Shown: in pieces, positions 20,385 through 31,874 of the stretch | Numbering within the stretch: position 1 is the first letter of the stretch | Layout: each line of letters starts with the position of its first letter | From: Diplonema japonicum | Lineage: Eukaryota; Protista; Euglenozoa: Diplonemea | Reading direction: 5' to 3' | Length of the DNA: 64,000 bases | NCBI GenBank assembly: GCA_964019335.1 | Contig: OZ025660.1 | Span: 434,001-498,000 of the forward strand | Program-made: the position numbers and the translations under genes | The notes under the pieces: model-generated | What the model was told of the DNA's origin: nothing | The model's input: the letters and a program-made list of their open reading frames with translations, nothing else | Databases searched by the model: none

Positions 20385-21254
20385 TCAGAACAGATCTTGG
20401 TTTGCGAATGGAATGGTTGTACACACTTGCACCCAAAGGTGCTTCATACGCCAGGTAAAGTGGTGTCATCATCTTGCCCCTTTGCCTACCTCCCCACCCC
20501 TCCATTGGTCCTCGTGATGGGAAAAAATGAATGGATCAGTTTCCTTCTGTCATTTATGTGTTAAAGGGGAATCAGGAGACTGTGTCTTCATAGAATGGAC
20601 CAATGTTCTTTAACTACGGTGTCATCATGTTTGCTCCCTCCTCGGAATTGGTTGGGTTCACCTGTTTCCGACCAATGTTCTTTAACTACAGTGTCATCAT
20701 GCTTCGGTGTTGCTGCTGTCGGACGGTGCTTTGATCATCATTCACAGCGTTGGTGTCCCCTCTTCGGGAATTCGGGAGAAAGAAACATTATTTTAAAAGA
20801 CGAAAAAATCAGTTCCCTTCAAAGCAAAGAAAAGTGGAACAGTGTGACTGCTGCAACGACACGGAGGGCGAGAGTAGCCGGAAGAACGCGTGGGCAAAAG
20901 CCTTAATGGTCAGAAGTCCTTGTTTGTAAATCATGAATTGAAAGATCAGAAGCAAGACTGGCATGTCGTGAAAGGGTCGTTGTCATCATCCTGATGTTTA
21001 ATACATTTCTCCAGTTGGCAAAGAGAACAACGTAGTCAGAAAACAGTAGTCTCACGCTGATAAAGCTCCCATTCCAAGCATGAGGTGCCCAACGGGTGGT
21101 ATGTACAGCGTTGCTGCTCTTCACTTTTCTTACTTCTCTAAGTTTCTCAGTTTATTTTTCAAAAAAACACAGTTCTATCGCAGACCAGCCAACCCTGAAG
21201 GGCCGACCGACTAGGATCGGAGGTGACAGAATGGGTGTGTTGAGTTCTCATCAT
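20385..21254 (-). ncRNA. snoRNA cluster E (CD6, CD4, fragments of CD4/CD1/A5, CD5, A3, CD7)
   Basis: Recurrent modules plus fragments. Confidence 0.8.
21147..21254 (-). ncRNA. Box C/D snoRNA family CD7 (snR48/SNORD60-like)
   Basis: C RTGATGA, guide TTCTGTCACCT then D' CCGA (D+5 gives the G of LSU AGGUG, yeast Gm2793 equivalent), long internal hairpin, D CTGA; copies 59416-59523 and 5'-truncated 60495-60582. Confidence 0.75.
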
Positions 21255-21922
21255 GCAAAACAGGTCCCTCTTCTTTTTTCCCTTTTTACACGCGAAATTG
21301 GTGAGACATCAAAGGAAAAGGAAATGAAAATGAAAATGAAAATGAAAATGAAACTAAAAATAAAACAGATCCATCTGTGAGTGTAAATAGAAAGAAATAG
21401 GTAGAGGAGGGCAAGACCAGAGAGGGTGCTTTCGCTTGTGAGCTGAAGCCTCCCCTCTTGCTCTGATTGGGGTGCTAGCCTTCAAAGAGAAGAATAACAC
21501 AGCAAGCAACAAGGGAAGAAATCGAAGAATAAAATGGAATATCCTTTGAGGCGAAGGGAAAAAAAGAAAGACCAACTTGGCGATTCAAGTTTTTTATGAG
21601 CGTTTCGTTGCGTTCTATTCTTTTTGAAAAGTTAGCTGTTTTAAGAAGAAGATAGAAGCTATAACAAAAAGAGACAACATTCCATTAGAATGACACAAGT
21701 GGATGCAGGAAACCACACTGGCTACCCTTCCGTTGGCAGAGGACCCTTTTGGTTGATCCTGCATCTCCAAGCTATTTACCTTTTCCGGCACTTTGCATCT
21801 TTCCTTTTTCTCTATGTCCAAATGGACAGCAGGTGAATCACTTTTTGAAACAAACAATAAAAGAAGAGAGTGTTCCTTCTTTTCCGATGATGAAAAGACA
21901 AGGAAGAAAATAAAAAGAAAAC

Positions 21923-22937
21923 TCAAAGGCACACACAAGGCCTGTGGGGTCCCGAAGACCCTGGGGCTGTGCTCCTGGGGCACCAGTCCCCGACCTCCCC
22001 TGTGGTGAAGACTGCAACGTGCGGGGCGTTGGAGGAGACGGGGATAGTAGCGGTCTCGCCGGGAGAGAGGGTCTTGTGGAACACCGTCATGGTCTGGGGA
22101 TGGGAGGACCCAGCAGTGAAGAAGATGGGGGCGCACGAGGCTCCCCGCCAGTAGCGGGAGGCGAGGAAGGCTGGGATCCCTCCGTCCTTCCCCTGCGAGC
22201 AAGGGGGGCAGTGGTACACCGCCAGGAAGAAGTTGCAGGGGGTCCGCTTCTCCGCACAGCACTCCAGCCTGATAGCGTCCCCGTGCACCAAGGGCGGGAG
22301 GCTGTGCACCGCAGAGCCTGTCAGCGCGCTCGGTGGGTATGCGAGAGTCCTCTCCGCCGTCACCACCTTCCCCTTCACGAACTCCATCGGGCTCTGCGGC
22401 ATCGCGATGTCGTCCAGCACCGCCGTCACTCCCGCGCACGTCGTGCAGCAGTCCGCCTTGTGGTGGATCAGTGTGGGGTCCGTGCTCGCGTGCATCGCCC
22501 GGCAGTTGTTCTCCCCGCACACCAGCCCCGCTTTGCACTCCGAGTCCTTGTCGCAGTCCCATCCCGAACCCGCAGCTCTTCCCGTTGCAGTAGTCTAGGT
22601 GCAGGGACTGCATCTCCTCGCAGCAGTCCGAGAGCCGGTGGTACAGACCCGCCTCCTTCGGGTGCATCGTCTTACAATTGTTGTGCCCACACACCAGACC
22701 GGCCTTGCACTCCGCATCCACGTCGCAGTCCCCCTCCCCGAGCTTGCACTCTTTGTTCCTGCACAGGTCCCAGCCCCACGGCGTCACCAGAGTCAACCCC
22801 CCGCCCGCCCCTTGCTGCAACAGCTCCTCTGCCGCAGTGTTGTCCGCGTTCGTCTCCCCTGCGTTGTCCACCGCCATCGCTACTTCCGCTGCAACTACAA
22901 CTGCAACAACGACGAACACAGCAGATAGGTAGTTCAT
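21923..22937 (-). pseudogene. Secreted Cys-rich protein with two C..GEGDCD.D.EC..GLVCG.NNC repeats; frameshift near 22558
   Basis: ATG 22937 (MNYLSAVFVVV signal peptide); second repeat CGFGM-(G)DCDKDSECKAGLVCGENNC changes frame in a short G run and continues in ORF 21923-22522; pseudogene or assembly indel. Confidence 0.65.
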
Positions 22938-23320
22938 CTTTTTATTTTTGTGTATTGAAGATATCTGTATGGTAGTTGCGCTGTTCCTTCGGAAAGGCGT
23001 CGTTTGTTTTTCTTTTTTTAAAATCCGTGGCACCCGTGCTGCTTCCCTCTTTTCATTTTTGTCATTAGTTCTCCCGCCCACTTTCACCCTGCAGCACAAA
23101 CAGAGTGTGACTGCTGCAACGACAGCGGAGGGCGGTGACTACGAAGGAATAAACCACAGACACCGGGAAAGGAGACAAAAAAGGTTGGAGATCTTGTACC
23201 AGATAAAGGGAACCTGTGCAAGGTACGAGGCACCTCACAGGAGGGTTGCCGGTACTCTGTGTTCCTGTTTTCTTCTTGATGAGACTTTGCTTTTTCTTCT
23301 TTTTTTTTTTACTTCCTTCT

Positions 23321-23382
23321 TTCTCTCGCACCAGTATTATCCCGCAACCCTTACCACAAAGGGCACTGGTCCTTGATGGCTC
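23321..23382 (-). ncRNA. AGA-box H/ACA-like snoRNA family A9
   Basis: Hairpin ending TGGTGC-GAGA, CCCTT/AAGGG apical stem; copy 52047-52108. Confidence 0.6.
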
Positions 23383-23832
23383 TTCTTCCTTTCTGTTCTT
23401 TGCTTCAAAAGGCAGAGAAAAACAGTAGTCTCACGCTGATAAAGCTCCCATTCCAAGCATGAGGTGCCCAACGGGTGGTATGTACAGCGTTGCTGTTCTT
23501 CACTCTTCTTTTTCTTCATCTTCTCTCTCTCGCATAGCTTCACAACCAGCACCCTATTCAGAGAGGGAACAGGCTGTTACAAGCTTGCTGCAAGTTTTCA
23601 AACCAAACTGTGTTTTGTGTTTTCAGGTTTCAGTCTCGCAGGTTTTTGACCCTCACTTGAACCAGCAAACATGGGTTCGCAAGGAACACGAAACAGTGTG
23701 TGTGCCCACATGTCTCGCACCCCTCCAACGCCTCTTTCATGTATGAAGAACGCGAAGTGGTGTTAATTAAGGGTGCTCTCCTTCTTTTCGAGTATTCCCC
23801 TCCCCCAACCCCCTTCTTTTTTACCCCGCAAC

Positions 23833-23899
23833 GTATCTCACGCTGATAAAGCGCCCATTCCAAGCATCAACAGTGCCCAACGGGTGCCGATTACAGCGT
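23833..23899 (-). ncRNA. AGA-box snoRNA A3b (guide-altered paralogue of A3)
   Basis: Same stems as A3, different pocket; copies 39352-39418, 52574-52640. Confidence 0.7.
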
Positions 23900-24110
23900 T
23901 GCCGTTCTTTCTTTGCGGGGTATCGTGTTCTGCATTTTGTGAAGGTGCTGGCTTTCCCATTGTGGTGGTGCTTCTTCCCCCCCTTTCTTCATGGAAGACA
24001 TCAGAAGAGGTGTAGTTTGTTGATAATGTTCCATTTCACGCCCCCCCAGGGGGAGGTCATCTAACCGCAATATCGTGTCTCATCATCTGTCTCCGTGGGT
24101 CGTTCTTTTC

Positions 24111-24175
24111 TTCTCTCGCAAGAAAGCGTAGCTGGGCAGCGGATGCAGTCCTGCAGCCAGTTTAATAAATCTTGC
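24111..24175 (-). ncRNA. AGA-box snoRNA family A11 (SSU, SNORA20-site-like)
   Basis: GCAAGA...TCTTGC-GAGA; pocket predicts AAAGCGUA-PsiA-UUAAU, matching euglenozoan-type SSU CCAAAAGCGUAUAUUAAU, with Psi 15 nt from AGA; copy 52852-52916. Confidence 0.88.
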
Positions 24176-24643
24176 AAAAAAAAGGGGGGGATTGGGTATG
24201 CGTGAGATAGGCATATAAAATAAATAAATGCAAAACACACAGGGTAGGTCCAAAAGTGAGTCAATGTGGAAAGAAACGGGTGGCAAAGGTGGCATACCGT
24301 TAAAAAAGAGTCGGTTTTTTTTGGTATTTTATTCGCGCACACAGTATAACCTTGTGGGGTAAATACTGCATGCTACCTACCACTACTCTTTTTTTGCTCT
24401 ACAAGAAGCAGGGCAAATAAACTCAAAGAAAAAAAAAAGATGGAAAAAAAAAAAAAAAAAAAATGGGGCTTTGATTGCAACACTAGGTGGCGTTAAGCGT
24501 GCAATGTTAAAAAAAGAAGCTAACAGCTCCCGGAAGAGGAAAAAAAAAAAAAAAAAAAAAAAAAAAAGAAGAAGAACAGACGAAGGGAAAGAAAAGGTTT
24601 CGTCATTGTTGCCCTGATTGAGTCGGAATCAGATTAAAGCAGT

Positions 24644-24982
24644 TTACTGCCTAACGGTGAGGTGCTTGATGATCTTGCCATCGGCGTTGAAGGTGTAGGT
24701 CTGCTTCAAGGTGGCGGTGACCATCATCTTGGAGACGACCATGGTACGGGTGGCGGTGAGCTCGCCCTCAGCCACGAAATCCGTCTTCGACTTGATGGTG
24801 GGGAGGCTCTGGCCAGCCCAGAACTTCATCACCTTCGCCTTCCCGTTGTGCGTCTCGGTCGACATCATGGTCGGCACGGTCCACTCAACTGCGTCAGCAA
24901 GGAACTCAGCAGCCTCGTCGTTCTTCTTCGCCATGCGAAGCTCAACGAACTTGTTCACAAGTGCAACGGCGTCAACGCTCAT
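24644..24982 (-). CDS. NTF2/SnoaL-like small protein, copy 3
   Basis: Protein identical to 6441-6779; ATG at 24982. Confidence 0.8.
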   Translation of the reverse strand: MSVDAVALVNKFVELRMAKKNDEAAEFLADAVEWTVPTMMSTETHNGKAKVMKFWAGQSLPTIKSKTDFVAEGELTATRTMVVSKMMVTATLKQTYTFNADGKIIKHLTVRQ

Positions 24983-25108
24983 TTTATTTATGTGGGTTTT
25001 GAAAACTTGTAGGAAACACTGTGGTGTGGTGTCGGTGGGATAGAAACAACTGAACAAACTGAATTTAAAATAAAAATAAAAAAAGAAAAGGTAGCTTCTG
25101 AAAAAAGC

Positions 25109-26686
25109 CTACTTGTTGCGCATGTCCGGGGGGACGTACCCATCAGGGACCCTGTGGCTCTTGCGGGTGAGCTCGTGCTCTGCTGCACGGGCTCGCTTTG
25201 CTGCGGCCTTACTAGACTGGTCAAGCCCTCCAAGGGTGAGCGGGTCCACTACATCATAGGTATCGTCCACAAGCGACCCATCAAGCTTGGCGTTGGGGTT
25301 CGCGAAGACAAGACTCCCTTTCATCCAACCGTCTTTTTCCTCAGCTTCTTCCTTAAGGTACGCTTCTTCCTTCTGAAGCGGAGTCTGTAAAATTTTTACA
25401 TTTTTTTTTCCCCCGTTTCTTTTTTTTTTTTTTTTTAAATCTCATACCAAGTCTGCCAGCCCCTCGTTTTCATCCTTCACCGGTTGGGTTTCTTTGACGG
25501 TTTTCTTGAGCTTCTTCCCAAACGCGTTCAGCTTTAATATCATTTCCTTCTCTCTGTTCAGACCGGCTTTTTGTCTTTTAAACTTGGCGCGCATCTCTTC
25601 GAGGATCATGAAGCCTTTTGTTTTTGGTTTGCCGTCGTCTTCTGTTCCATCTTGTCCGGAGTTCCCTCTCTGGCGGAGGAGGGATTTCTGCATGGATTCT
25701 TTTTCTTTCTTCAGGCGCTCCATTTCGGCGGTCTCGGCATCGGTTCGCTCCGGCTGTTCGTTGGGGAGATCGGGCACATCATCGTCGTAGTTGTTGTCAA
25801 ACTCAGCATCGGCTTCGAGGTTTCGCTTACCAGATATTTTAGCTTTTAAACGTTGAGTCCTGGCATCGTCTTGCTGCCCGTGAGTTTGCTCGAACTGGCG
25901 TTGTTGTTTTTGAATTTCTTTTCGTCGGGCGTCTGTAACCTTCGACTCCTTCTCCAAACCATTACCCTCGATCATGTCGTGAGCTGATATCACTCTCGAA
26001 CCTTTCCCGAAAACAGAAACTACTCCATCCGCTTTGTCAAAACCAGCGTCGAGTTCGTCCATTTCATCAGCGCACGACATAAGTGCTTTGTTCTTAGTTG
26101 CTTCCCTTTTTCTTTTCTTTTTCGGTGCTTTTGCCGTATCCGATTTGGATTTTTCTTCTAAACCGTACAACGCACGCGCGTTCATGTCGTGAAACGGGTT
26201 TTCATCAATAATGATGTGTTTTATAACGGGTGGTTCATACGGTTTGAAATCGGTGTCAACTTGTGTTTCACCGATGTTGAGGATGGGATAGAATGTTTGT
26301 GCGACGATTTGTCCTATGATGGTGTGCTGTTTGTCGTAAAAAGTGGTTTCTCCAAGCGTGATTATCAGTTCGGAGGTGCAGTGTCCGGTGGCGTCTCCTT
26401 TTAAGGCGACTATGCCGCGGGTTTTGTACCCTATTTTGTCGTTTTTGGTTTCTCGTGCGATTTTGAAGTTGGATTCGCCATTGCGGAGCCCTGTGGAGAC
26501 GGACTCACCCTTCACAATTTTGTGAAACGGAGAGTCGTCGTAGAACTGATCCATACAATTTTGTACAAAATTTCTGCAACCCTCCGGTGCCCCTGCACTC
26601 CATAACCTTACCTCCACGTGGCCTAGGTTCGTCACCAGTGTCACTTTCCCTGAATGTGGGTGCAGAACCGATTGCGGTGCTGCCAT
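25109..26686 (-). CDS. CWC27: Spliceosome-associated cyclophilin-like protein (CWC27-like), intron 25385-25447
   Basis: SGKVTLVTNLG, PEGCRNFVQNC, FHKIVKG, HTIIG, IIIDENPFHD cyclophilin-like N-terminus; charged tail; phase-0 63-nt GT-AG intron links to DGWMKGSLVF...YDVVDP exon typical of the CWC27 C-terminus. Confidence 0.8.
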
Positions 26687-26689
26687 TTT

Positions 26690-26791
26690 TTTTTTTTTTT
26701 TTTTTGCCTTGTTTTTGTTTTTTTTTTTTTTTTTTTGAGGGAAATCTAGTGTTTAAAAAAATATAAATCAAAAAAAAAAAAATCCTCTCCA

Positions 26792-26823
<32 letters not shown>

Positions 26824-27089
26824 CTTCTTCTTTTTTTTTCACTATTATATTTGGTGGGCATTTTTTCCCCTTTAAGGGGGGGGTTTTTTTCTCCCCTGTC
26901 CCATAAAAAAAAATTGTATTTCATACACCCGATGTGGGGAGTAGAGGTGGCTCTGGAGATTTGAGCAGCAAAGAAGAAAAAAACAGAAGAAAAAAAAATG
27001 ACGGAGGACAAGATGGAAAAGAATTAGATTCTTTCCTTGTTTTTTTTTTTTTTTTCCATTCTTTCATGAGATGCTAGGGTAAACGATAT

Positions 27090-27121
<32 letters not shown>

Positions 27122-29706
27122 CGAAGCCGACAGAAGTCAGAAGGAAGGGAGGAAGGAGGGGAATATGACAGGAAAGATAAAAAAAGAAATAAAAGAGGAG
27201 GGTTAAAACAATTCTTCCTCCCTCCATTCCTTTATTTTCTTTCTTTGGGCCTGCATGACCCTGTGCCCGTGAGCACATTCTCAATTCTTCCTTTTTTTTG
27301 AAATAAAAAAAGGATTGGTGTCTCCTGTGGCATCTAATTTCTCTCTCTTTTTTTTTTCCTCTTTCTTTTCCCCTGAGGGGTTTAAGAAACAAAGAAAATT
27401 TAAATATAGACACCAAGGGATTCTTTTTTTTTTTTGTAAAGGTTTGTAGAAAAAAAATAATAGAAAAAAAAAATTACAAAGAGAAGAGGAAACAGTAAGG
27501 GGGGGAGTTAGTATATGCAATGAAGACTTTTTTCGCCCATTTTCTTTTTTTTTTTCCCCAGATTTTTTTTTTTTTTTTTTGTTTCTTCTTTTTTTTTCCG
27601 TCCCTGTTTTTCTTTCCATCTTTCCTTCCCTCCCTTTCGGAGGTCTTAGTGACGAAGGGAGAAAAAGAAAAGAGAGGCAAAGAAAAAATTCAGGGAAAAA
27701 AAAAAATAAAAAAAAAACAGAAAAGAAATGGCGGTAACGCTTCACTAGCGTAAAGATTTTTTTTTTTTGGGCTTCTAAAGTATTGAGTAAATAACAAGAG
27801 CGGAAAGAGGAAGAGGGAGGGTGAAGTGTCAAATTCAACGTCTCCCCCAAGTGTTCCCCATTTCAATTTTTTTTTTTCCCTTCTTCTTTCTGTGTTATCG
27901 CTCTTTTTCTTTCAAAAAAAAAAAATAAAATGTAAACCTTCTCATTAATCCACCGGAAAGGGGCTTTGTATTCCATTTAAAAAATGAATACCCCCCCACT
28001 GCTGTCTTTTTTTTTTCTTCTTCCGGGACGAAAAAATAAGTGAGATGTACATTATTATTTTTTTTTTTTTACTAAAAATATGCTCGTCCGAAAAAAAGGG
28101 GGGGGGGGGGGGATTTGTTTTTTTTGAAAAATCTGATTGCAATCGGCCTTTTTCACGGGTTATAAGGAAAAACCATTTTTTTTTTGGTTAGATTGCCTTC
28201 AAGACCACTCTTCTCTCACTTTAAAAAAATAAAATATTTTTGGGTTCTGATGTATGGACATTCTTACCCCCCCCCCCCCGGACGAGCGTATGAAAAAAAA
28301 AAAAAAGAAAAAGAAGGCAAGCGGTGGCAGTTAGGGAAAATAAACTAGTATTTTTTTTTTCGTTCTCTTTTCTTTTTTCGTTCCCCCGTTGTGCTCCAGG
28401 ATGAAATTAAAAAGAAAAAAAAAAACACCCCCGTTGGGCATTGTGGAACTGGGAGTAAACAAAAGAGAAAATACAGGGAGAAAAAAAGAGTGGAAAGAAA
28501 AACACAAGCTAAAAAAAAGGGGGGAGGGGTGTGGGAAAAGAGTACTTTTCATCATGGTTTCCTTGAGAAGTTTCTCAAAGAATAGTTTTCTCTCCTTCTG
28601 ACCCGAGACCCTCTCCTTTCCCCTTCTCTTACCCCCCCTCCTCTTTTTTTTATTGATATTTCCCCCAAGGCCTTTTTTTCCTTTGCGTGTTTTTTTTTCC
28701 CCCATTGTCTGTAAATTCCCCTTTCGTTTTCCTCACACAGAGGGGGTTTTTTTTTTTTTGAAATTTCGGTTTGCACTAATAATAAAAAAAAGGGAGGATA
28801 AACATATGTTTTTTTTTTTTTCTTTTTTTTCTTTCAAGAGAAAGTCCACTTCCTTGCCCAATTTTAGATCCCCCTCGTTCCTTAATAATAAATGGGTAGA
28901 TCTACAGAACAGAGGTGGGGAGGGCGAGGTTTTTGAGGTTTTTTTTTCTTCTTTTTTCTTTTTTTTTCTGTGCAATCCCACAACCTATGTATTCATTTTT
29001 TTAATTTTTTCGTAATTAAAAAAAAGGAGGTAGCAGGGCAAGGTCTTTAAAAAAAAAAAAAAAGAAAGTAAAGGGGGGAAATTCTTTTTGCTAAGAGGAC
29101 ACTTTTTTTTTTTTAGGCAACAGCTTCTTTTTTTTTTTTACCAGTTTTCGTCAAGGTGAAACCTAAAAAAGAATAAATGCAGCAAGAGGGAAAGAGGGAG
29201 AGAGACAGTTTTAGTATTTATTTAATATTTTTTTTTGTTCGCTTTACAACACACTGAGAGCATACTTTTTTTTATTTTTTTCTTTTTTTTTTTTGTTTCT
29301 TTTCGTTCAAAAGGAAGGAGAGGGTACATTCAAAAAATTTCTCGTCAAGAACTATAGTACCCACTTTTATTCTCTTTTTTTTCTTTCGGATTTTCTTTTG
29401 TTTTTCTTTGTTTTTTTTTTTTTGGAAGAAAAAGGGAGGGAAAGAAGAAAAAGAAAAAAAAAAGGAGGAAAAAAAAAAAGAAACAAGGCAGAGGAATGGG
29501 ATAAAAAATACAGCCAACGCCTCGGATAGCAACAGCATGGTCAGCACTCTTCATCCCAATCTTACTTCTCTTTTTTTTCTTTTTTTTTTCCCCCTTCGGT
29601 TTTTTTTTGCCGGTGTTTACTTCCAAAAAAAAAAAAAGTATAAAAGAATATTTTAAAAAAAAAAGAAGTGATGCCACGCATTACAATATACATGTTTTTA
29701 AGTAAG

Positions 29707-29738
<32 letters not shown>

Positions 29739-29854
29739 GAAAAAAATAATGTAAATAAGGAAAAGATAATTTTGGTAACAAAACACTTGAGTTGTAAATT
29801 GTAGAAGCACTGCTACGCAATAGGAGGGGGGAAATAGAGATAGAGAGAGAGAGC

Positions 29855-29890
<36 letters not shown>

Positions 29891-30075
29891 AATGATAACA
29901 AAAACACGTTCCCAAAGTTTGTGGGTGATGCTAGTGCTTTACCAAAACTGGGCCCGTATTTATGTGCGCTGGCAACGCGAAGTCTGATGCAAAACGGGTT
30001 TTCTTTGGGTTAGTTTTGAGTTAGTTAAATGGAAGCTAGAGAAACAAAAAAAAATTGGCAAGCACAGTTAAGGGG

Positions 30076-30113
<38 letters not shown>

Positions 30114-30838
30114 AACATAGCCTGCACGTTATACCGATACCAATCGGGTATTTTAATCGGTTCGGGTATTTAAATAGTGCAAAATTGGCCTGGGCACGCC
30201 GAGGTCCTCTATACCCCCGCAGATGTCGAGATGGGGTCCAGAAACACGAAATATGATTTTTGGAGACCCATGAACATGGGTAACTTAACATCCGAAGCCC
30301 ACCCCAATTTTTGGCGAATTTTGGGTGCGTTATTTTTATGTTATTTTACGTTATTTTAATCGGTGAAAATTTGGAGAATGAGAAGACTGCTGCAACAGGG
30401 ATTTTAATATTTCACCGATTAAAATAACGTTATTTAATTCGATATCGTTAAAATAATGGGTACGTAACAAGAGTATGGGCCCTTTTTTGCGTTATGGTAT
30501 TTGATACCGGGTATTTTTAAAATATCAATTTGATAACGTTATGCTTGCGTTATAACGTGCAGGCTATGAATAAAAAAAAAAAAAAAAAAAAAACACCACC
30601 ACTTTTCGTTCGCCAATCTTTTTGAGAGAAATAATTAAAAAAACAATAATAATAATAAAAAAAAAACCCCCTGCCGATTGTATCGTCAGTGATTTTTTTT
30701 TCTTTTTTTTTTTTTTAATTATCCCCCCATCTAAAAAAAAAAATGGAACGTGGAGAAAGAAAAAAAAAGAAAAAAAAAATGAAGGCGGATTTTTTTTTTT
30801 TTATACCTCCCTCTCTCTCTCTTTTTTTTTTCCCCTCT
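26690..30838. repeat. 4-kb non-coding homopolymer-rich (A/T/G/C runs) region
   Basis: Dense poly-A/poly-T runs up to about 30 nt; ORFs here are only poly-K/poly-F artefacts. Confidence 0.85.
30116..30568. mobile_element. MITE / non-autonomous DNA transposon, 453 bp
   Basis: Perfect 18-bp TIRs CATAGCCTGCACGTTATA (30116-30133 / 30551-30568), flanking AATAAA direct repeat, internal inverted repeat about 30348-30430, no ORF, composition unlike the surrounding homopolymer DNA. Confidence 0.85.
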
Positions 30839-31804
30839 CTAATTGTTCACAGGCAACTTAAGCCCGGTCCGTTCCTCATAAGTTTGCTTACGTGTGTTGA
30901 CATGGAGTGTTGAGCACAGCGTTCCAAGATTGCACCCTGTCGGTGCGAGATACTTAGGGCAACGAGTAACCTGCGCCGCAGGCAGCTTCCACTGCGAGGC
31001 ACACGTACGGCACCTAAGCAAAGCATAACCCCTCTTCACCCTTACAGAGTCCCAGTTGTTGTGCAAACAAGGACGGTCGCAACAAGGAGGCTGCAGTGCT
31101 GGAGCGGAACCAGACTCAGATGATGTTGTGGTAAGGCCTTCAGACGAAGAAAACGAGTTATTATCACACTTCTTAAACTTCCCATCATGTGCCGCAACTT
31201 GCTCTGCGTTCACAACAACAGGCGAGATGCAAGCATCAGGGTTAGCACCGATCGACATCTTGTAGTTCTCAGGAGGCGATACCACTACCCGTGAAATCTT
31301 CATTTCCCTGTTAAACTTCATGGAAAACCTCTTAGACTCCACAAATGGTGTGATGCACCCACTTCTTTTTACCGATGTTGTGAAGTCCATCCTGACCACG
31401 TCCTGCTGTGGGATGTACTTGATCTCATCTGCGTGCATTGTGACGGTGGACTGCGGGCCTCCCATCACCTTTTCCAGGACTATGTTGTATAGCTTGCAAG
31501 CCTCGACCTTCCCCCTCGCACGTAGAGGGAGCGGGAGCCTCTCCGAGTACCACTCCACGTCGTCTGCCATCCATGCTTCGATGCACTCTGCCACCCTGCC
31601 GTTGTGCATGGATGATATGAACTCTTTGAAGTACTGCTTCCCGACTTCGATCAAAGCCTCTCCCCTTGCGTTCATGCACACGCCTTGTCTAAACATAGAC
31701 ACCACAGGCGGCTGCAATGCCTGCTGCATCTGCGGCTGTGCATAACCCCTCGGGTTGAACGGCTGACCGTACTGGTACTGCATTGCCTGACCATACTCTA
31801 ACAT
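30839..31804 (-). CDS. Protein with NTF2/SnoaL-like domain and C-terminal Cys/His zinc-finger-like region
   Basis: 321 aa; WMADDVEW...RGKVE NTF2-like core; C.H..WD.VR.KRG...LRCRTC..QW and C-x7-C-x5-C-x3-H. Confidence 0.75.
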   Translation of the reverse strand: MLEYGQAMQYQYGQPFNPRGYAQPQMQQALQPPVVSMFRQGVCMNARGEALIEVGKQYFKEFISSMHNGRVAECIEAWMADDVEWYSERLPLPLRARGKVEACKLYNIVLEKVMGGPQSTVTMHADEIKYIPQQDVVRMDFTTSVKRSGCITPFVESKRFSMKFNREMKISRVVVSPPENYKMSIGANPDACISPVVVNAEQVAAHDGKFKKCDNNSFSSSEGLTTTSSESGSAPALQPPCCDRPCLHNNWDSVRVKRGYALLRCRTCASQWKLPAAQVTRCPKYLAPTGCNLGTLCSTLHVNTRKQTYEERTGLKLPVNN

Positions 31805-31874
31805 TGTCTTTAGTATTTATATGTGTAAGGGGGGCGAGAGCAGGGGTGGGGGATGAAGGGGTGCGGGAACCTGA

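Larger units (their letters stand above)
12181..20525. repeat. Tandem duplication with about 4.27-kb period (snoRNAs plus mucin-like gene)
   Basis: 12377 vs 16647 and 16110 vs 20385 are offset by 4270-4275 bp. Confidence 0.85.
23026..24175 (-). ncRNA. snoRNA cluster F (A1 fragment, A5,A6,A9,A3,A7,A10,A2,A3b,CD2,A11)
   Basis: Recurrent modules. Confidence 0.85.

Noticed and set aside
23903-23970. Further AGA hairpin between A3b and CD2
   Set aside because: Weak basal stem, and the 5' part differs in the 39.4-kb copy
26690-30100. Poly-Lys/poly-Phe ORFs
   Set aside because: Artefacts of A/T homopolymers
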